Virus record (IMG/VR): IMGVR_UViG_3300047545_000675
Span: 1-36,587 of that record
Length of the DNA stretch: 36,587 nucleotides
From: a virus
Lineage: Duplodnaviria; Caudoviricetes
Reading direction: 5' to 3' (one strand)
Within the stretch, counting starts at the first letter, position 1, and each line of letters opens with the position of its first letter. A model generated the notes under the pieces. The model did no database searches. It was given only the letters and a program-made list of their open reading frames with translations, and was not told the origin of the DNA. Shown one piece after another: positions 1-10,563 of the stretch. The translations under genes were made by a program, and so were the position numbers.

Positions 1-127
1 CAGTTACACATAGAAGCATATCAGTAGCGAGCGAGGCATCTTTTGGCTCAATCGACACAAGCACAGGCTTGCCATCTGCTAGCGGTTTAAGCTTTATCTC
101 TTTACCTTGCGAGCGTGATCCTATCGT
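1..127. repeat. Terminal overlap identical to 36461-36587 (circular assembly overlap)
   Basis: cagttacaca...gatcctatcgt occurs at both ends. 127 nt is a common assembler k-mer length, and an ORF reads through the junction. Confidence 0.95.
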
Positions 128-1289
128 CATTTATGGCGATGTAGTAGTCAATGAACGCAACGAAGGACGCGACGGGCCTCATGGTTTACCACCAGAGCCA
201 GACACCGTATGGAGTGGATCAAGCCGAGTACAAAGACGCACAGGGCAAGTACAAATCACTATCGATTTTACCACCGTTGGCGCTGATGCAAATACATACG
301 CCGGCACTGGTCTAGGCAAGCTCTTAAATGCTGGATTCTTGACAAGCTTACCCTTATTCACATCAGCAGATACAGTCACCGGCGACGATGTAAATTTTTT
401 CACTCCTACCACCACAAACACAAATTATAAGATCGGTGGTATCGTATCATCTCTTATCGGTGGGCGTTGTGAATATGCTGGCGTGACAAGCAATAATCGT
501 GGGAGTGCTGGTAAGATCGGTGTTAGCCCCGCATTTAGTGATGAGCCTACTACTATTTACCCTCTGCAAACTTGGTATGTACCTACATCAACATCAAGCG
601 GGCAAGTCGTTGAATCTCTTTGCTTTAGAGTCGATGGCGTCGGATTTAGAACATACGCGTATGGTTGCAAGCTAGCATCTCTAAATATCTCTGTCACTAA
701 TGGGCGCTTGATGGGTCAATTTACTTTTCAAGCTGCATTGATTCAAGATGATCACGGTAATGCAAGCGGGCCAGTGGAGCCCGTTGTTTTAGGTGGTGCT
801 ACTCAACATTTTAGAAATTCCTATGTCGTTGTATCTAGCCCCGTCACCTACTCAAGATCAAATATCTCTGGCACTACCGGAGAAGAGCTAGATCGTATCG
901 CTTTAGATGCTGAAGGTTTTACTTTCAATATCAGCAATACCCTAGCGCCTAAGGGCTTTAGTAATAACATTTTAGCCATGTCCGACATGGAAGTCGCCAC
1001 CGTCGATCTTGAATGTACAATCACTTTATCATCAGTAAAATCAGATATCGCAGATGATTTTAAAGATCGCGTGATTCGTAGCGTGTTAATAGGTACTGGA
1101 CCAGTAGGCAACGGAAAAGGGATGGCACTATTTATCCCAGCCGGCTATCTCACTGTCGATCCTAATAAGTACGATGTCAGTGGTGATATCGTCAAGCAAG
1201 TACTCACTTATAAACATTCTCGTTTTGGTGGTGATGTTGGCACTACACAGCCAGCTAATACCCCGATTCGTTTAGCACTAGGAATCTAA
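1..1289 (+). CDS. Putative major tail (tube) protein, 3' part; true start at 36457 across the circular junction (~430 aa)
   Basis: ATG at 36457 (MTVTHRSISVASEASFG...) is in frame with ORF 69..1289. The protein is G/S/T-rich and lies between the tail terminator and the chaperone/TMP genes. Confidence 0.7.
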   Translation, partial: VTHRSISVASEASFGSIDTSTGLPSASGLSFISLPCERDPIVIYGDVVVNERNEGRDGPHGLPPEPDTVWSGSSRVQRRTGQVQITIDFTTVGADANTYAGTGLGKLLNAGFLTSLPLFTSADTVTGDDVNFFTPTTTNTNYKIGGIVSSLIGGRCEYAGVTSNNRGSAGKIGVSPAFSDEPTTIYPLQTWYVPTSTSSGQVVESLCFRVDGVGFRTYAYGCKLASLNISVTNGRLMGQFTFQAALIQDDHGNASGPVEPVVLGGATQHFRNSYVVVSSPVTYSRSNISGTTGEELDRIALDAEGFTFNISNTLAPKGFSNNILAMSDMEVATVDLECTITLSSVKSDIADDFKDRVIRSVLIGTGPVGNGKGMALFIPAGYLTVDPNKYDVSGDIVKQVLTYKHSRFGGDVGTTQPANTPIRLALGI

Positions 1290-1293
1290 AAAA

Positions 1294-1806
1294 ATGCTCT
1301 CTTTTTCAACATCTTCACAGACTCAAATGGAAGTGGCGATCACCTGTGATCAAGCGCTTGATATGACTGATAACGATAAACTCATGTACCTTAGAGGACA
1401 CAAGGATTTTTTGAAAATCAAAGATGGGCAAAAGCCTAGCTTGTTCATTATCAAGGCGCTATCGCCATCTGAGAGAGAAGATGCTGAAATCAAGGCGGGT
1501 GCTTATACTAGATCAGAGCTGGGGCGTATGCTTTTCATTGAGCAGCCCTCTGACACAAAAGAGCGCGCGTACTGGCATGATGCCCTAGGTGATCAAGAGA
1601 GAAAAGCGCTATCGGAATATAATGCGTATTTAAATAGGGTATATCAAGAGATGATCAAATGCTCAGTTATTGAGATCGTCGGTATATCTGGCAAGCCATG
1701 GGATTTGATACAATCAATCAAGCCCGATCATGTGCGAGTACAGACTATAAGCGAGTTAGTAGCGCATATATCAAATTTATCTCTTTTAGGTGATGAGGGA
1801 AAATAG
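1294..1806 (+). CDS. Tail assembly chaperone (lambda gpG-like)
   Basis: Lies between tail tube and TMP, and ends in the slippery heptamer G GGA AAA just before TAG. Confidence 0.7.
   Translation: MLSFSTSSQTQMEVAITCDQALDMTDNDKLMYLRGHKDFLKIKDGQKPSLFIIKALSPSEREDAEIKAGAYTRSELGRMLFIEQPSDTKERAYWHDALGDQERKALSEYNAYLNRVYQEMIKCSVIEIVGISGKPWDLIQSIKPDHVRVQTISELVAHISNLSLLGDEGK
1797..1803 (+). promoter_or_regulatory. Programmed -1 ribosomal frameshift site GGGAAAA
   Basis: X XXY YYZ pattern in the correct phase (GAG GGA AAA TAG). The -1 frame is open through to 2234. Confidence 0.8.
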
Positions 1807-2234
1807 CAATCGCATCTTCTATCTGGCTATCTCAAAATCAAGGGAGATCATGGGGATGCGAGCAATGTAAATCTAAGCCAGCGCTTAGGGCAATGCGCGG
1901 GAATTGTGGAGGCGCTTTTAAAAAGGGCTTGCCATATTTAGATGAAGACGAGCATGGCTATTTCGTGCCAGCCTATAGGGTGGCGCCTAATTGCAGTGCC
2001 GAGTACGCTGATCTAAAAATAAGGTCTTGCCCTGTGGCTGGTGCTAATAAAGTGGCGCCTATAACGCAAGCCTATTTTAGGCATATCAACGGTCTTTTTG
2101 ATTTAAAAAATGTATATCCTATGCCCTCTTGTGCTATCTTAGAGGCTATTGATATTTTACATCATCACTATCAAGAGCTCAAAAACAAAATCACTCAAGA
2201 GCAAATCGAGGAGGCGCAGAATGGCAGAAAATAA
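1797..2234 (+). CDS. Tail assembly chaperone, frameshifted C-terminal (gpT-like) part
   Basis: The -1 frame reads IAIASSIWLSQNQGRSWGCEQCKSKPALRA and continues into ORF 1893..2234 without a stop. Confidence 0.7.
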   Translation, partial: GKIAIASSIWLSQNQGRSWGCEQCKSKPALRAMRGNCGGAFKKGLPYLDEDEHGYFVPAYRVAPNCSAEYADLKIRSCPVAGANKVAPITQAYFRHINGLFDLKNVYPMPSCAILEAIDILHHHYQELKNKITQEQIEEAQNGRK

Positions 2235-4503
2235 AGTCACGATTGATGTTGAGGTAAATGGCGCCCAGCAAGCTCAAGGGCAACTCAACAATGTGGCGCA
2301 GGCTACAAATGCAATAGATCAAAATGCTAAAAAGGCTAATAAGCAAACTACTCAACTAGGCGAAACTTTTTCATCAGTAGGCACAGAGGCACAGAGGGCA
2401 ACAGGGGCGGCGTCGAGGGGCGTTTTGGCTGTTCAAGGTGGTCTAGGTGCTGCTAATGACTCGGCGGTGACTCTGGGTCGCGCGATGGTTACTTTAGCAG
2501 ACAACGGCGGTCGCGGTATGATTGCGATCTTAGGTCCCATAGGTGCGGTAATAGCCACAATATACACACTATACGAGGGATATCAGCAACTATCAGGCGC
2601 TGCCATTGAATATGAAAAAATAGCCGCCGTTGCATCAGCTGTTGCATCTGATCTTACTTCTAAACTAGACGAGCTTGCTGACAAGGGGATACGATTAACA
2701 GATGCTGAATTGAGAAATATGATCAGCTCTATCGTGGGGGCAAGACAAGGTATTGAGTACATGAATGAGCAGCTCGCAGAAAGTAAAAAAGTTTTTGCAG
2801 ATAGAATCATGGCAGAGCGGGAATTAAATATATTACTAGGGAATGAAAAAGAGATTTTAGATCGTAATATGTGGACAATCGAGAAGTATGGCAAAAAGGC
2901 TATGGCGGTCGTAGAAATGCTTTTTGATTGGCGTACTCATCAAGAGAAAGTTATTGACGCATCAAGGGATTTTGCCGAGGCTATAAAGGAGGAGCAAAAA
3001 TACATCGATGATCTTACTCAGTCATATAAGACAAAATATGAGATCAGTATCCAAGAGCAGCAAAGACAAATTAAATATACTACTACACATCAAGAAGCTA
3101 TAGACCTGCTTAAAGCCGAGATTGATCGTGTAAAAGAGCTTAATATTCTTGCGCTTGAGGGATCAGATTTGGGGGATACAGAGAAAGCGATTGCTATTAA
3201 AAAAATTGAAATAGAGACATACGAAGAGTTATCGACATGGACAAGTAAAACTAAAGATCAGATTTATGATGAAGCACAGGCAAGAAAAAAGAACAATGAT
3301 GAGACAGTCAATGGAATAAAATTAACCTTAGAGCAGATCAAAGCTAAGAAAGAGCTGGGCGAGCTTACAGAAGCCGAGGCTAAAAGATTGGAAGAACAGG
3401 CTCAAAAACAAGCCAAGGCGACAGATGACGAAAAGAAGAGATTGGATGCTGAAGCAAAAGCAAGGGCTAGCGCATTTAAAGCTAGACAGAGTCAATTAAT
3501 AAACGAACAGTCTCAAATCAATGCTTTGAGAATCCAGCTTGAAAAGCAAGGCATTGACGAGCAACTTGCTTTAGCGGTCAATGCTTACACGACACAACTG
3601 GCGCTAAACAAGAATAATAAAAATCAGATCGTTATCGCGACTTTGCAATATCAAGAACAGATAAGCAATATCTCACAACAAGAAACAGCGCGACAACAAG
3701 CTGAACAGGTGTCTCTATTGCAAGCGCAAAATGAGAAGATTCGTATCCTGCAAGACGAGGCATATAAAGAGATAGCAATAGAGCAAGAAAAAGCTAAAGC
3801 TAAAAAAGATTTGCAAGATAAAATTGATCTGCTTGATATTCAACTTACGATGTCTGGTAATGCGCAACAACTGGCAATGCTTCAAAAGCAAATGGAAATG
3901 GAATTATCTATCGTTGAAAAGGGCAGTTTAGAGGCGATTGAGATTAAAAAGAGATATGCTTTGGAGGGTAAAAAACTTCAAGATGAATCCATTGCTCAAC
4001 TCAAAGATTTTGCTGATGCCCAAGCGCAATCATTTAGCGCATCTGTGGCATCTGCGATCATGAATGGCGAGTCAATTCAAGCTACACTCAAAGCAAGTTT
4101 AAAGGGGCTAGCGACTGAGGCACTAGCACGATCTTTATATGAGGGCGCCGCAGGTTTAGCTAGTCTTGCCTTAGGGCCAGTCGGTGGCGTGCCAGCATCT
4201 CAACACTTCGCCGCATCTGCTGCTTTTGCGGGCGTTGCTACGGTAGCCGGTTTAGCTGGTGCTTCAATCCCATCAGCGACAACAGGGGGCGCTCAAGGTG
4301 GTGCGTCTCCTACTGGCATGGCACAATCGCCACAGATTCAAAGACCGGAAGCAAGCAAGCAGGAGCCTTTAGTATTCAATATGAATTTTAGTGGATCAAC
4401 AATTTATGATACAAAAGAGAGCGCCAAGAGGGCAATGAGTGATGAAATTGTTAAGTACATAAACGAGCCTCGTAGGGGCGCGCCTAGATTGAGAGTAAAT
4501 TAA
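2221..4503 (+). CDS. Tape measure protein (~760 aa)
   Basis: Start MAENKVTIDVEV follows GGAGG. It has a long Ala/Gln/Glu/Lys-rich helical body, hydrophobic segments near both ends, and follows the chaperones. Confidence 0.85.
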   Translation: MAENKVTIDVEVNGAQQAQGQLNNVAQATNAIDQNAKKANKQTTQLGETFSSVGTEAQRATGAASRGVLAVQGGLGAANDSAVTLGRAMVTLADNGGRGMIAILGPIGAVIATIYTLYEGYQQLSGAAIEYEKIAAVASAVASDLTSKLDELADKGIRLTDAELRNMISSIVGARQGIEYMNEQLAESKKVFADRIMAERELNILLGNEKEILDRNMWTIEKYGKKAMAVVEMLFDWRTHQEKVIDASRDFAEAIKEEQKYIDDLTQSYKTKYEISIQEQQRQIKYTTTHQEAIDLLKAEIDRVKELNILALEGSDLGDTEKAIAIKKIEIETYEELSTWTSKTKDQIYDEAQARKKNNDETVNGIKLTLEQIKAKKELGELTEAEAKRLEEQAQKQAKATDDEKKRLDAEAKARASAFKARQSQLINEQSQINALRIQLEKQGIDEQLALAVNAYTTQLALNKNNKNQIVIATLQYQEQISNISQQETARQQAEQVSLLQAQNEKIRILQDEAYKEIAIEQEKAKAKKDLQDKIDLLDIQLTMSGNAQQLAMLQKQMEMELSIVEKGSLEAIEIKKRYALEGKKLQDESIAQLKDFADAQAQSFSASVASAIMNGESIQATLKASLKGLATEALARSLYEGAAGLASLALGPVGGVPASQHFAASAAFAGVATVAGLAGASIPSATTGGAQGGASPTGMAQSPQIQRPEASKQEPLVFNMNFSGSTIYDTKESAKRAMSDEIVKYINEPRRGAPRLRVN

Positions 4504-4504
4504 G

Positions 4505-5692
4505 ATGCCTAGTTTTGATACATCCCCGAATTTTATGCTAATGTCCGATTTCGATGCTAGAAATTTTACTAGCACTCTATATACAAGAGCTGGCTCAAAT
4601 GTGGCTTTAAATGCTAGTGGGCGAGTCGTTTTTGATGATCCTGTCTATTTTTTAAATGGGCGTGGGCAAGCTTCAAATAGGTCTCTAAAATATTATCTTG
4701 AAGCCGATAAGGGTGGCACATGGACAATATCGGTCAACTCAAATGACCGCATTGTATGGGCAAAAGATACAAGTCAAACTATGACTATTGATGCGTATCA
4801 GGGCGGTGATATGTGGGGGCTACAAAATGACACTATCGATATGTCTGGCACTAGCGTCGTGTTCCCTAATGATTTTGATAGAGGCAATTTAATCTTTTGG
4901 GCATCTGGCAATAGTCTATATGGCAAGCTCACATATAGCGGGGCGTCAACGGTATCGCCATCTATATATCCCACCTACCCAGTAGCCCAAGACATGATAA
5001 GTCTTTTATCTGTACGGTCTGGCAATAACATCTATTGCCTACAATCGGCTGAGGAGGCACTTTTTGGCGATTATGTTCAATGGGTATTGCGTGATGATGG
5101 GCGTGTGATGCAGATTGTTAATTACGCAAGCAATGCAAATCTCATTAATTTTGCATGGTCTGATATTGCATTTAGAGGCCGTTTAGGTTTTAGCGGTCTT
5201 GAGTCATGGCAAGACCTGTACGGCAGAAAAGTGATGATCGCTGATAATGTCATGTCCGGGATTTTAGCGCCGTCTAGACCTATTGAAGATCATCATCTTG
5301 CTTTTGATCGTGTGAGCGATATAAGGCGCAAAGGCGATGGCACTTATGGCGCGAATTTCAAGGGTAATTTTGTGAAATCATCGCTTAGGTTTTATCTTGA
5401 TGGTATAGCAGATGTGCAAGACGATTATAAAAGATTTGCTTTTGATCTAGGCGACTATTTCTATATAGGCGCTAAAGTCAGTCTTGTGCAAGAGGTGGGC
5501 GAGTCAAGGCTTGCTTTGAGGACAACGCAAATCAATGCAAGCGCCCCAGCGTATAGCCTTACTCATACAAGCGAATCGAATGGAATGCATGGGATAATCA
5601 CCGGCACGATCACGCAGATGTCTAGCGATCTGCCCTTTGAAAATCGAATCATGAGACGCATACCGATCACAATGGAGATCAGCCATGACTAA
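4505..5692 (+). CDS. Putative tail/baseplate structural protein (distal-tail position)
   Basis: First gene after TMP, with a beta-rich composition; assigned by position only. Confidence 0.45.
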   Translation: MPSFDTSPNFMLMSDFDARNFTSTLYTRAGSNVALNASGRVVFDDPVYFLNGRGQASNRSLKYYLEADKGGTWTISVNSNDRIVWAKDTSQTMTIDAYQGGDMWGLQNDTIDMSGTSVVFPNDFDRGNLIFWASGNSLYGKLTYSGASTVSPSIYPTYPVAQDMISLLSVRSGNNIYCLQSAEEALFGDYVQWVLRDDGRVMQIVNYASNANLINFAWSDIAFRGRLGFSGLESWQDLYGRKVMIADNVMSGILAPSRPIEDHHLAFDRVSDIRRKGDGTYGANFKGNFVKSSLRFYLDGIADVQDDYKRFAFDLGDYFYIGAKVSLVQEVGESRLALRTTQINASAPAYSLTHTSESNGMHGIITGTITQMSSDLPFENRIMRRIPITMEISHD

Positions 5693-6722
5693 TAGTTTTT
5701 CATTGCCTTTGGCTGGTAATAATGCAAGGGTCGAGCCAGATGCCTTTATCACATCTAGGGATATATCAAATACCGATGATCAACTGGGTAAAATCGGACG
5801 GCTACAAAACTATGCTTTTGCCTATCATGCAACAGGCCCGATCATAACACAACATTTTGAAGATGGCGTGTTCTATTATAGCGGTACTTCTAGAGTAGCT
5901 TGTAGGTGGAGAATCCCAGCTATATCAGCAAATCATAAGACAATAAAAATTACCTTGCATGGACAGGGGACAAGTGGTAATGCGCTATTTACCCTCTCAA
6001 ACGCCTCAAGCTCAAATACAAAAAACTTCGCCTTTAACTCGCAAAAATTTGATCAAGGATCAATCACTTTAGCGTCAGTCACTAGCGAATATTCACTCTT
6101 AACATTGACCGTATCCGGCGCGATACAGGTTGATTATGTATGTATCGAGTATGTGCCTTTATCATCGCCACTAGCAGAGAGCGCCGTTAGTGCGGTTTAT
6201 ACAAACGGTTTTTTTTATCCCATTGGCGATGATAGTTTTTTGGCAGATGAGCCACTAAGCGCGGGCATGGGGCAGATGCTAACAAATAATATTCGCGTTT
6301 TACAGCGCCGTCCTCGTATGCTCTTTTCTATGAGTGGCATCGACTTGCCAGAGACCACAAGCAATCCGATTTTAGGCAAGACGGTAAGACCACAAAAAGG
6401 GCTAACAATAAATGATATCTTCGCTTTAAATACTGCTTTTATCGTATGGGGTAACTACAATCGCTTGAATTTTGTCTATAAAGTGATGATGTATGTTGAG
6501 AATTTTACGGCATACGATTTTAGTTTTAAGATTTACTCGCAAGACATTACGATCACATCTGGCACTATCCCACAATGGATCGAGTACGACCTAAGAACGA
6601 TCTTTAATCAAGACGGCATCGATCAATTTTTGAGTATGCCGCTTATCACTTTTAGTCCCCGCATGACTTACTTTTTAACAACTGCATCACCTATTCTATC
6701 TATCTCTTTTTGGGGGGCATAA
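5685..6722 (+). CDS. Putative tail structural protein
   Basis: Overlaps neighbouring genes in the tail operon; no motif recognised. Confidence 0.4.
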   Translation: MTNSFSLPLAGNNARVEPDAFITSRDISNTDDQLGKIGRLQNYAFAYHATGPIITQHFEDGVFYYSGTSRVACRWRIPAISANHKTIKITLHGQGTSGNALFTLSNASSSNTKNFAFNSQKFDQGSITLASVTSEYSLLTLTVSGAIQVDYVCIEYVPLSSPLAESAVSAVYTNGFFYPIGDDSFLADEPLSAGMGQMLTNNIRVLQRRPRMLFSMSGIDLPETTSNPILGKTVRPQKGLTINDIFALNTAFIVWGNYNRLNFVYKVMMYVENFTAYDFSFKIYSQDITITSGTIPQWIEYDLRTIFNQDGIDQFLSMPLITFSPRMTYFLTTASPILSISFWGA

Positions 6723-7375
6723 TGGCTTTAATACCTAGCACAACTTTTTACGCGCCTAGCCCAGAGCAAACAAATATCGGCACTCCTGTCTATGGTGCTA
6801 CCGTCTCAAAGATCGCAGATCAAACGAATCACATTGCTTTTGCAAAAGCAAAGAGGCATCAAATAGGCGTGGTCAATGTGTCAAGTACGCATACATGGAG
6901 CGCAAATAAGCAAAATTTTGATGTCACGCCCTACTCTTTGAATATGGTGCCAGTCGATAACGGCAATCGATCATATACCCAGATCATACAGACCACAGCA
7001 AACGCCCGATATTTAGGATTGATCTTTGCATATAGGACACATGAGAATAGTGATCGATCTATCACCGTAACGGCGTTTAGAAATCCAAGGACAACACAAG
7101 ACATTATCGATAATGGCTTTGTTTTGAGCGTGGCAAATGGCGGCATCATCAGCACATACGATCCAGATGCATCAGATAATTTTTGGAATCAAGCAAGCGT
7201 ATCTAGTGGCATCGATATGAGCTCAACATCAACGCTACAAACAATCTATCCCCGCCCCATCTTTATCCCTCTTGACTATCGAGGGCAAGAGATCGGATTA
7301 AAATTTGATTGCGTTAAAGTAAGACTCGATAATATTTGTGTTTATGAGATGTTTGATGAGGTGATCAATGATTAA
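6722..7375 (+). CDS. Putative tail structural protein
   Basis: ATG at 6722 overlaps the previous stop (TAATG); assigned by position only. Confidence 0.4.
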   Translation: MALIPSTTFYAPSPEQTNIGTPVYGATVSKIADQTNHIAFAKAKRHQIGVVNVSSTHTWSANKQNFDVTPYSLNMVPVDNGNRSYTQIIQTTANARYLGLIFAYRTHENSDRSITVTAFRNPRTTQDIIDNGFVLSVANGGIISTYDPDASDNFWNQASVSSGIDMSSTSTLQTIYPRPIFIPLDYRGQEIGLKFDCVKVRLDNICVYEMFDEVIND

Positions 7376-10010
7376 AGACGATAGAACAGCCCGAATATTC
7401 GGGCTTGAAATATCTGGCTTGCCAGTAAGATTTTATTTTAGAGAGTCGCCTTTCATCAGCGAAGAGATCGGCGGTATTGCATATACTAACCTCGATTGTC
7501 TAGAGTCAATCGGCGATTACACTGCTGATCTTGATCCTAGTGGTGGCATCGCTACTTATTCGCCTATGTCTGTATCTCTAGTCATGGATAGAATGAGAGC
7601 TACTTCTTACGATCCGCATATTGTTTTTGGGCGCTGCACTAGATCGTCTAGCGTATGGAATAGCATTTTAATGCAAGATATAGCAAGAGATGATGACACG
7701 CCCACGATAGTCGTTGAGTCTGATCCTCAAGTCACATACCCGCATATCTTTCATATAGGTGCGGAGTCTTTTGTGATCACATCTCAAACGCAAGTAGGCG
7801 ATTTGTTCGAGCTTGTTTGTAGCCAGCGCATCGGATTTAGGCAAAGTCATGCAATACGCCTTGACGGCACTGACACGCCTTTAGTCACTAGCGAAATTGT
7901 CTCATGGCGTGGGCGTCAAGCATCTATATATAGCGCTAGCGTTGATCAAGCCGGCATCATATCGGATAGTCAAGTTATTTTTCAAGGCATGATCGAGAGA
8001 AGCCCAGAGATCGCTGATCTCACTGCAGTGTCTTTGTCTATCGTGCCCATTTGTGCGATGGTTGATAATCGAATAAGCGGTGAAAAATTTACAACAAAAC
8101 TTGTATACGGCTATCACTACTTTGATTCATCAGCGAGAAATACACTCAATAATTTACAGATAAATAAATTGACTGATAGATGGACATCGTTAAATGGTAG
8201 CGATGCTCAAGTGATTTTCGCAGATGGGCTATTGTCAACCGATCAAATACTAAGTCACTTGAATACTACTATTTCGCTAGACACTAGATTGCTGCTTCAC
8301 TGGCAATTAAAATTTAATAATGGCAGATATATCTTAAATTTAATGCCGGGCAATTTACTATATGTTTATCAAGTTTTCACTGATGATTTTGAGCTACTTC
8401 GAGAAGATCATTATAGTAGGGTGGGCAGAGATATTGATCCTAGGTATATTGTGCCAGATAATGCCTGTTTAAATTATGGCATAAACTTCTCATCAAGCGA
8501 AGCGCCAGTGAGATCAAAAGCCGTTGATCCGAATAGATATCAATTTGACATACAAGAGACAGACGATATTTATTTTTATGAGTATAATCCAGAGATTACC
8601 ATTGAATACGAAGTGAGGGGCATAGCGCAAGGCTGGTATGAACGAGGTGAAAAATATTTGCTCGTTAAAGATAGTCTAGGGCTACCCAGCACATACGACG
8701 GCTCTTTATATGCCATACAAATAAATGCCTATGGCAAGTCATTTAAGGCCATGGCAAAAAGCGAGACAGCCGTATCAGTAGGCTATATCATCGAGCTAGA
8801 CCAAGACAACGATTACAATCGCAAATTGCCCAGCTTTGGGGATTTTCTAGACTCAAGCGAGACTATTGAGATCAGTAGGGGTATACTCATAGAAAACAAG
8901 CCTATAGGCGAGGGCATGCTTGAAATACTTGAGAGCGGTGGGGGATCACAGATAAACGGCGATTATGATGTGCATCTTGTAGGATGTAATTTAAGCTCAT
9001 CTTTTATCGATGAGACAAGTTTTTTAGCATATCAAGGCGCAACAAATGTTCAAAATTGGGAGTTTAATCTATCTATCGACGACCTAACGGCTAGAGATAT
9101 AATTGAGCCCATGCTCAAGGTAATGGGTTGTGCGATAGTCATGGATAGATCATCATTTTATCCACGGCTAAAGCTGATCTCAATAGGGCATGAATCCCAA
9201 GAAAATCAGACCTTGATTACAGATGATGATATGCTTGTTGATCCTAGCCCATACTGGACGATGTACGAAGATATCATCACACAATTCAAGTTTATTTATG
9301 ATCTGCAAAATGAACAACCTACTGAACGGATTATCAATAATTATAGTGCTATCAATCTGCTTGCTGGTGAGACAAGATCAGAAGAATATAAATTGTACGG
9401 TCTCACATCCTCAATCGTTGGATCGCCTAGAGCTGGTGATTTTTTGGCTTATTTTCGTCCTACCTATGCAAGACTTTTTGAGCTATATGGGCAAGCGATA
9501 AGACAATGGATTTTTTCGGTCACTACTGGCAAAGCATTCGATTTAGATGTGGGATCAACCTTGAGAGTATCAAGCAAATATCTCAAGGGCTACGGCGATC
9601 TATATGGCATCACCGATCAAGTAGGGCTTATCGTATCCATGCAACTATCTCTATTCTCAGAGGGATGCGCTTTAAAGGTCAATCACTACGGGCTATCTAG
9701 CCCCACATGGAACGCAAGCGCAAGAATTGATACAGTCATAAATACGACTACTATCGAGATTGTCAGTGATCTATACTCTGATAGCGACATCTCTTTTTTT
9801 AAGGCTGGCGATGTGGTGTCTATTTACACCATGGGCGCTAGCGATACTAGAAGGGTGCGAACAATCAGCGCCATATCTGGCAATCAAATTGTATTTACAT
9901 CATTGCATGGATCAAGTGCCGGCGATGTAATACAGCCGTCAACATACACAACAGCAAGCCCAGAACATAAGCTTAGGGCATACATAGATAGAGAGTATAA
10001 ATATGAGTGA
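7368..10010 (+). CDS. Putative baseplate hub / central tail tip protein (880 aa)
   Basis: Largest gene after TMP. The C-terminal 'DLDVGSTLRV..GLIVSMQ' segment resembles hub-protein ends. Confidence 0.5.
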   Translation: MIKDDRTARIFGLEISGLPVRFYFRESPFISEEIGGIAYTNLDCLESIGDYTADLDPSGGIATYSPMSVSLVMDRMRATSYDPHIVFGRCTRSSSVWNSILMQDIARDDDTPTIVVESDPQVTYPHIFHIGAESFVITSQTQVGDLFELVCSQRIGFRQSHAIRLDGTDTPLVTSEIVSWRGRQASIYSASVDQAGIISDSQVIFQGMIERSPEIADLTAVSLSIVPICAMVDNRISGEKFTTKLVYGYHYFDSSARNTLNNLQINKLTDRWTSLNGSDAQVIFADGLLSTDQILSHLNTTISLDTRLLLHWQLKFNNGRYILNLMPGNLLYVYQVFTDDFELLREDHYSRVGRDIDPRYIVPDNACLNYGINFSSSEAPVRSKAVDPNRYQFDIQETDDIYFYEYNPEITIEYEVRGIAQGWYERGEKYLLVKDSLGLPSTYDGSLYAIQINAYGKSFKAMAKSETAVSVGYIIELDQDNDYNRKLPSFGDFLDSSETIEISRGILIENKPIGEGMLEILESGGGSQINGDYDVHLVGCNLSSSFIDETSFLAYQGATNVQNWEFNLSIDDLTARDIIEPMLKVMGCAIVMDRSSFYPRLKLISIGHESQENQTLITDDDMLVDPSPYWTMYEDIITQFKFIYDLQNEQPTERIINNYSAINLLAGETRSEEYKLYGLTSSIVGSPRAGDFLAYFRPTYARLFELYGQAIRQWIFSVTTGKAFDLDVGSTLRVSSKYLKGYGDLYGITDQVGLIVSMQLSLFSEGCALKVNHYGLSSPTWNASARIDTVINTTTIEIVSDLYSDSDISFFKAGDVVSIYTMGASDTRRVRTISAISGNQIVFTSLHGSSAGDVIQPSTYTTASPEHKLRAYIDREYKYE

Positions 10011-10188
10011 AGAGAAAAAATTAACAATGAAGTTTTTGAGCGATGAAATTGAAGCACTAAAAGAAGAGATTGAGGCGCTTAAAACTCATTTTTTCATTGA
10101 GAATCATAAACTTGATATTTTATCTAAAAAAGTGGTTATAATCCAAGATCAAGACACTAAAATAAAGGCGGTAAAAAAAGATGAATAG
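10003..10188 (+). CDS. Small coiled-coil hypothetical protein
   Basis: Coupled to both neighbours; contains an EIEALK repeat. Confidence 0.55.
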   Translation: MSEEKKLTMKFLSDEIEALKEEIEALKTHFFIENHKLDILSKKVVIIQDQDTKIKAVKKDE

Positions 10189-10561
10189 ACTTCAATATCA
10201 GATTCAAACAGGTGAACATATCGCTTGTAAGAGCACATCTGGCAACGCGTCCACCGACTGGACCGATTTAAACTCAAGCGATTTTATCGATTCAACAAGT
10301 GGCACTGCTCTAAGCGCTGATTTAGCCTTTGTTGATATCGCAGTATACAATCCAGGATCAAGCACTGCATATCTAAAGCTTCGTGCAAGAGATGGCGCTG
10401 GCGATAGCACTGCAAATGAGATTTTTGTCTTAGCTGGTGGCGCTATCGATCTTCAATGCGCTGGCCTCAAGTCTGGTGCTATCGTCAATATCGCCTATAA
10501 AAAGGGCGCTACCGGTGACAATGTGCAATTTATTTGTGCCTTTGATAGAAAGACTGTGTAA
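10181..10561 (+). CDS. Small beta-rich putative virion protein
   Basis: Coupled ORF directly before the fibre gene. Confidence 0.5.
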   Translation: MNRLQYQIQTGEHIACKSTSGNASTDWTDLNSSDFIDSTSGTALSADLAFVDIAVYNPGSSTAYLKLRARDGAGDSTANEIFVLAGGAIDLQCAGLKSGAIVNIAYKKGATGDNVQFICAFDRKTV

Positions 10562-10563
10562 CT

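Noticed and set aside
2149-2220. ORF-track N-terminal extensions (TMP 2149; also 6710, 13316, 13684, 14584, 20041, 22151, 22575, 25002)
   Set aside because: Downstream ATGs with an RBS or stop-start coupling fit better, and the extensions overlap upstream genes.
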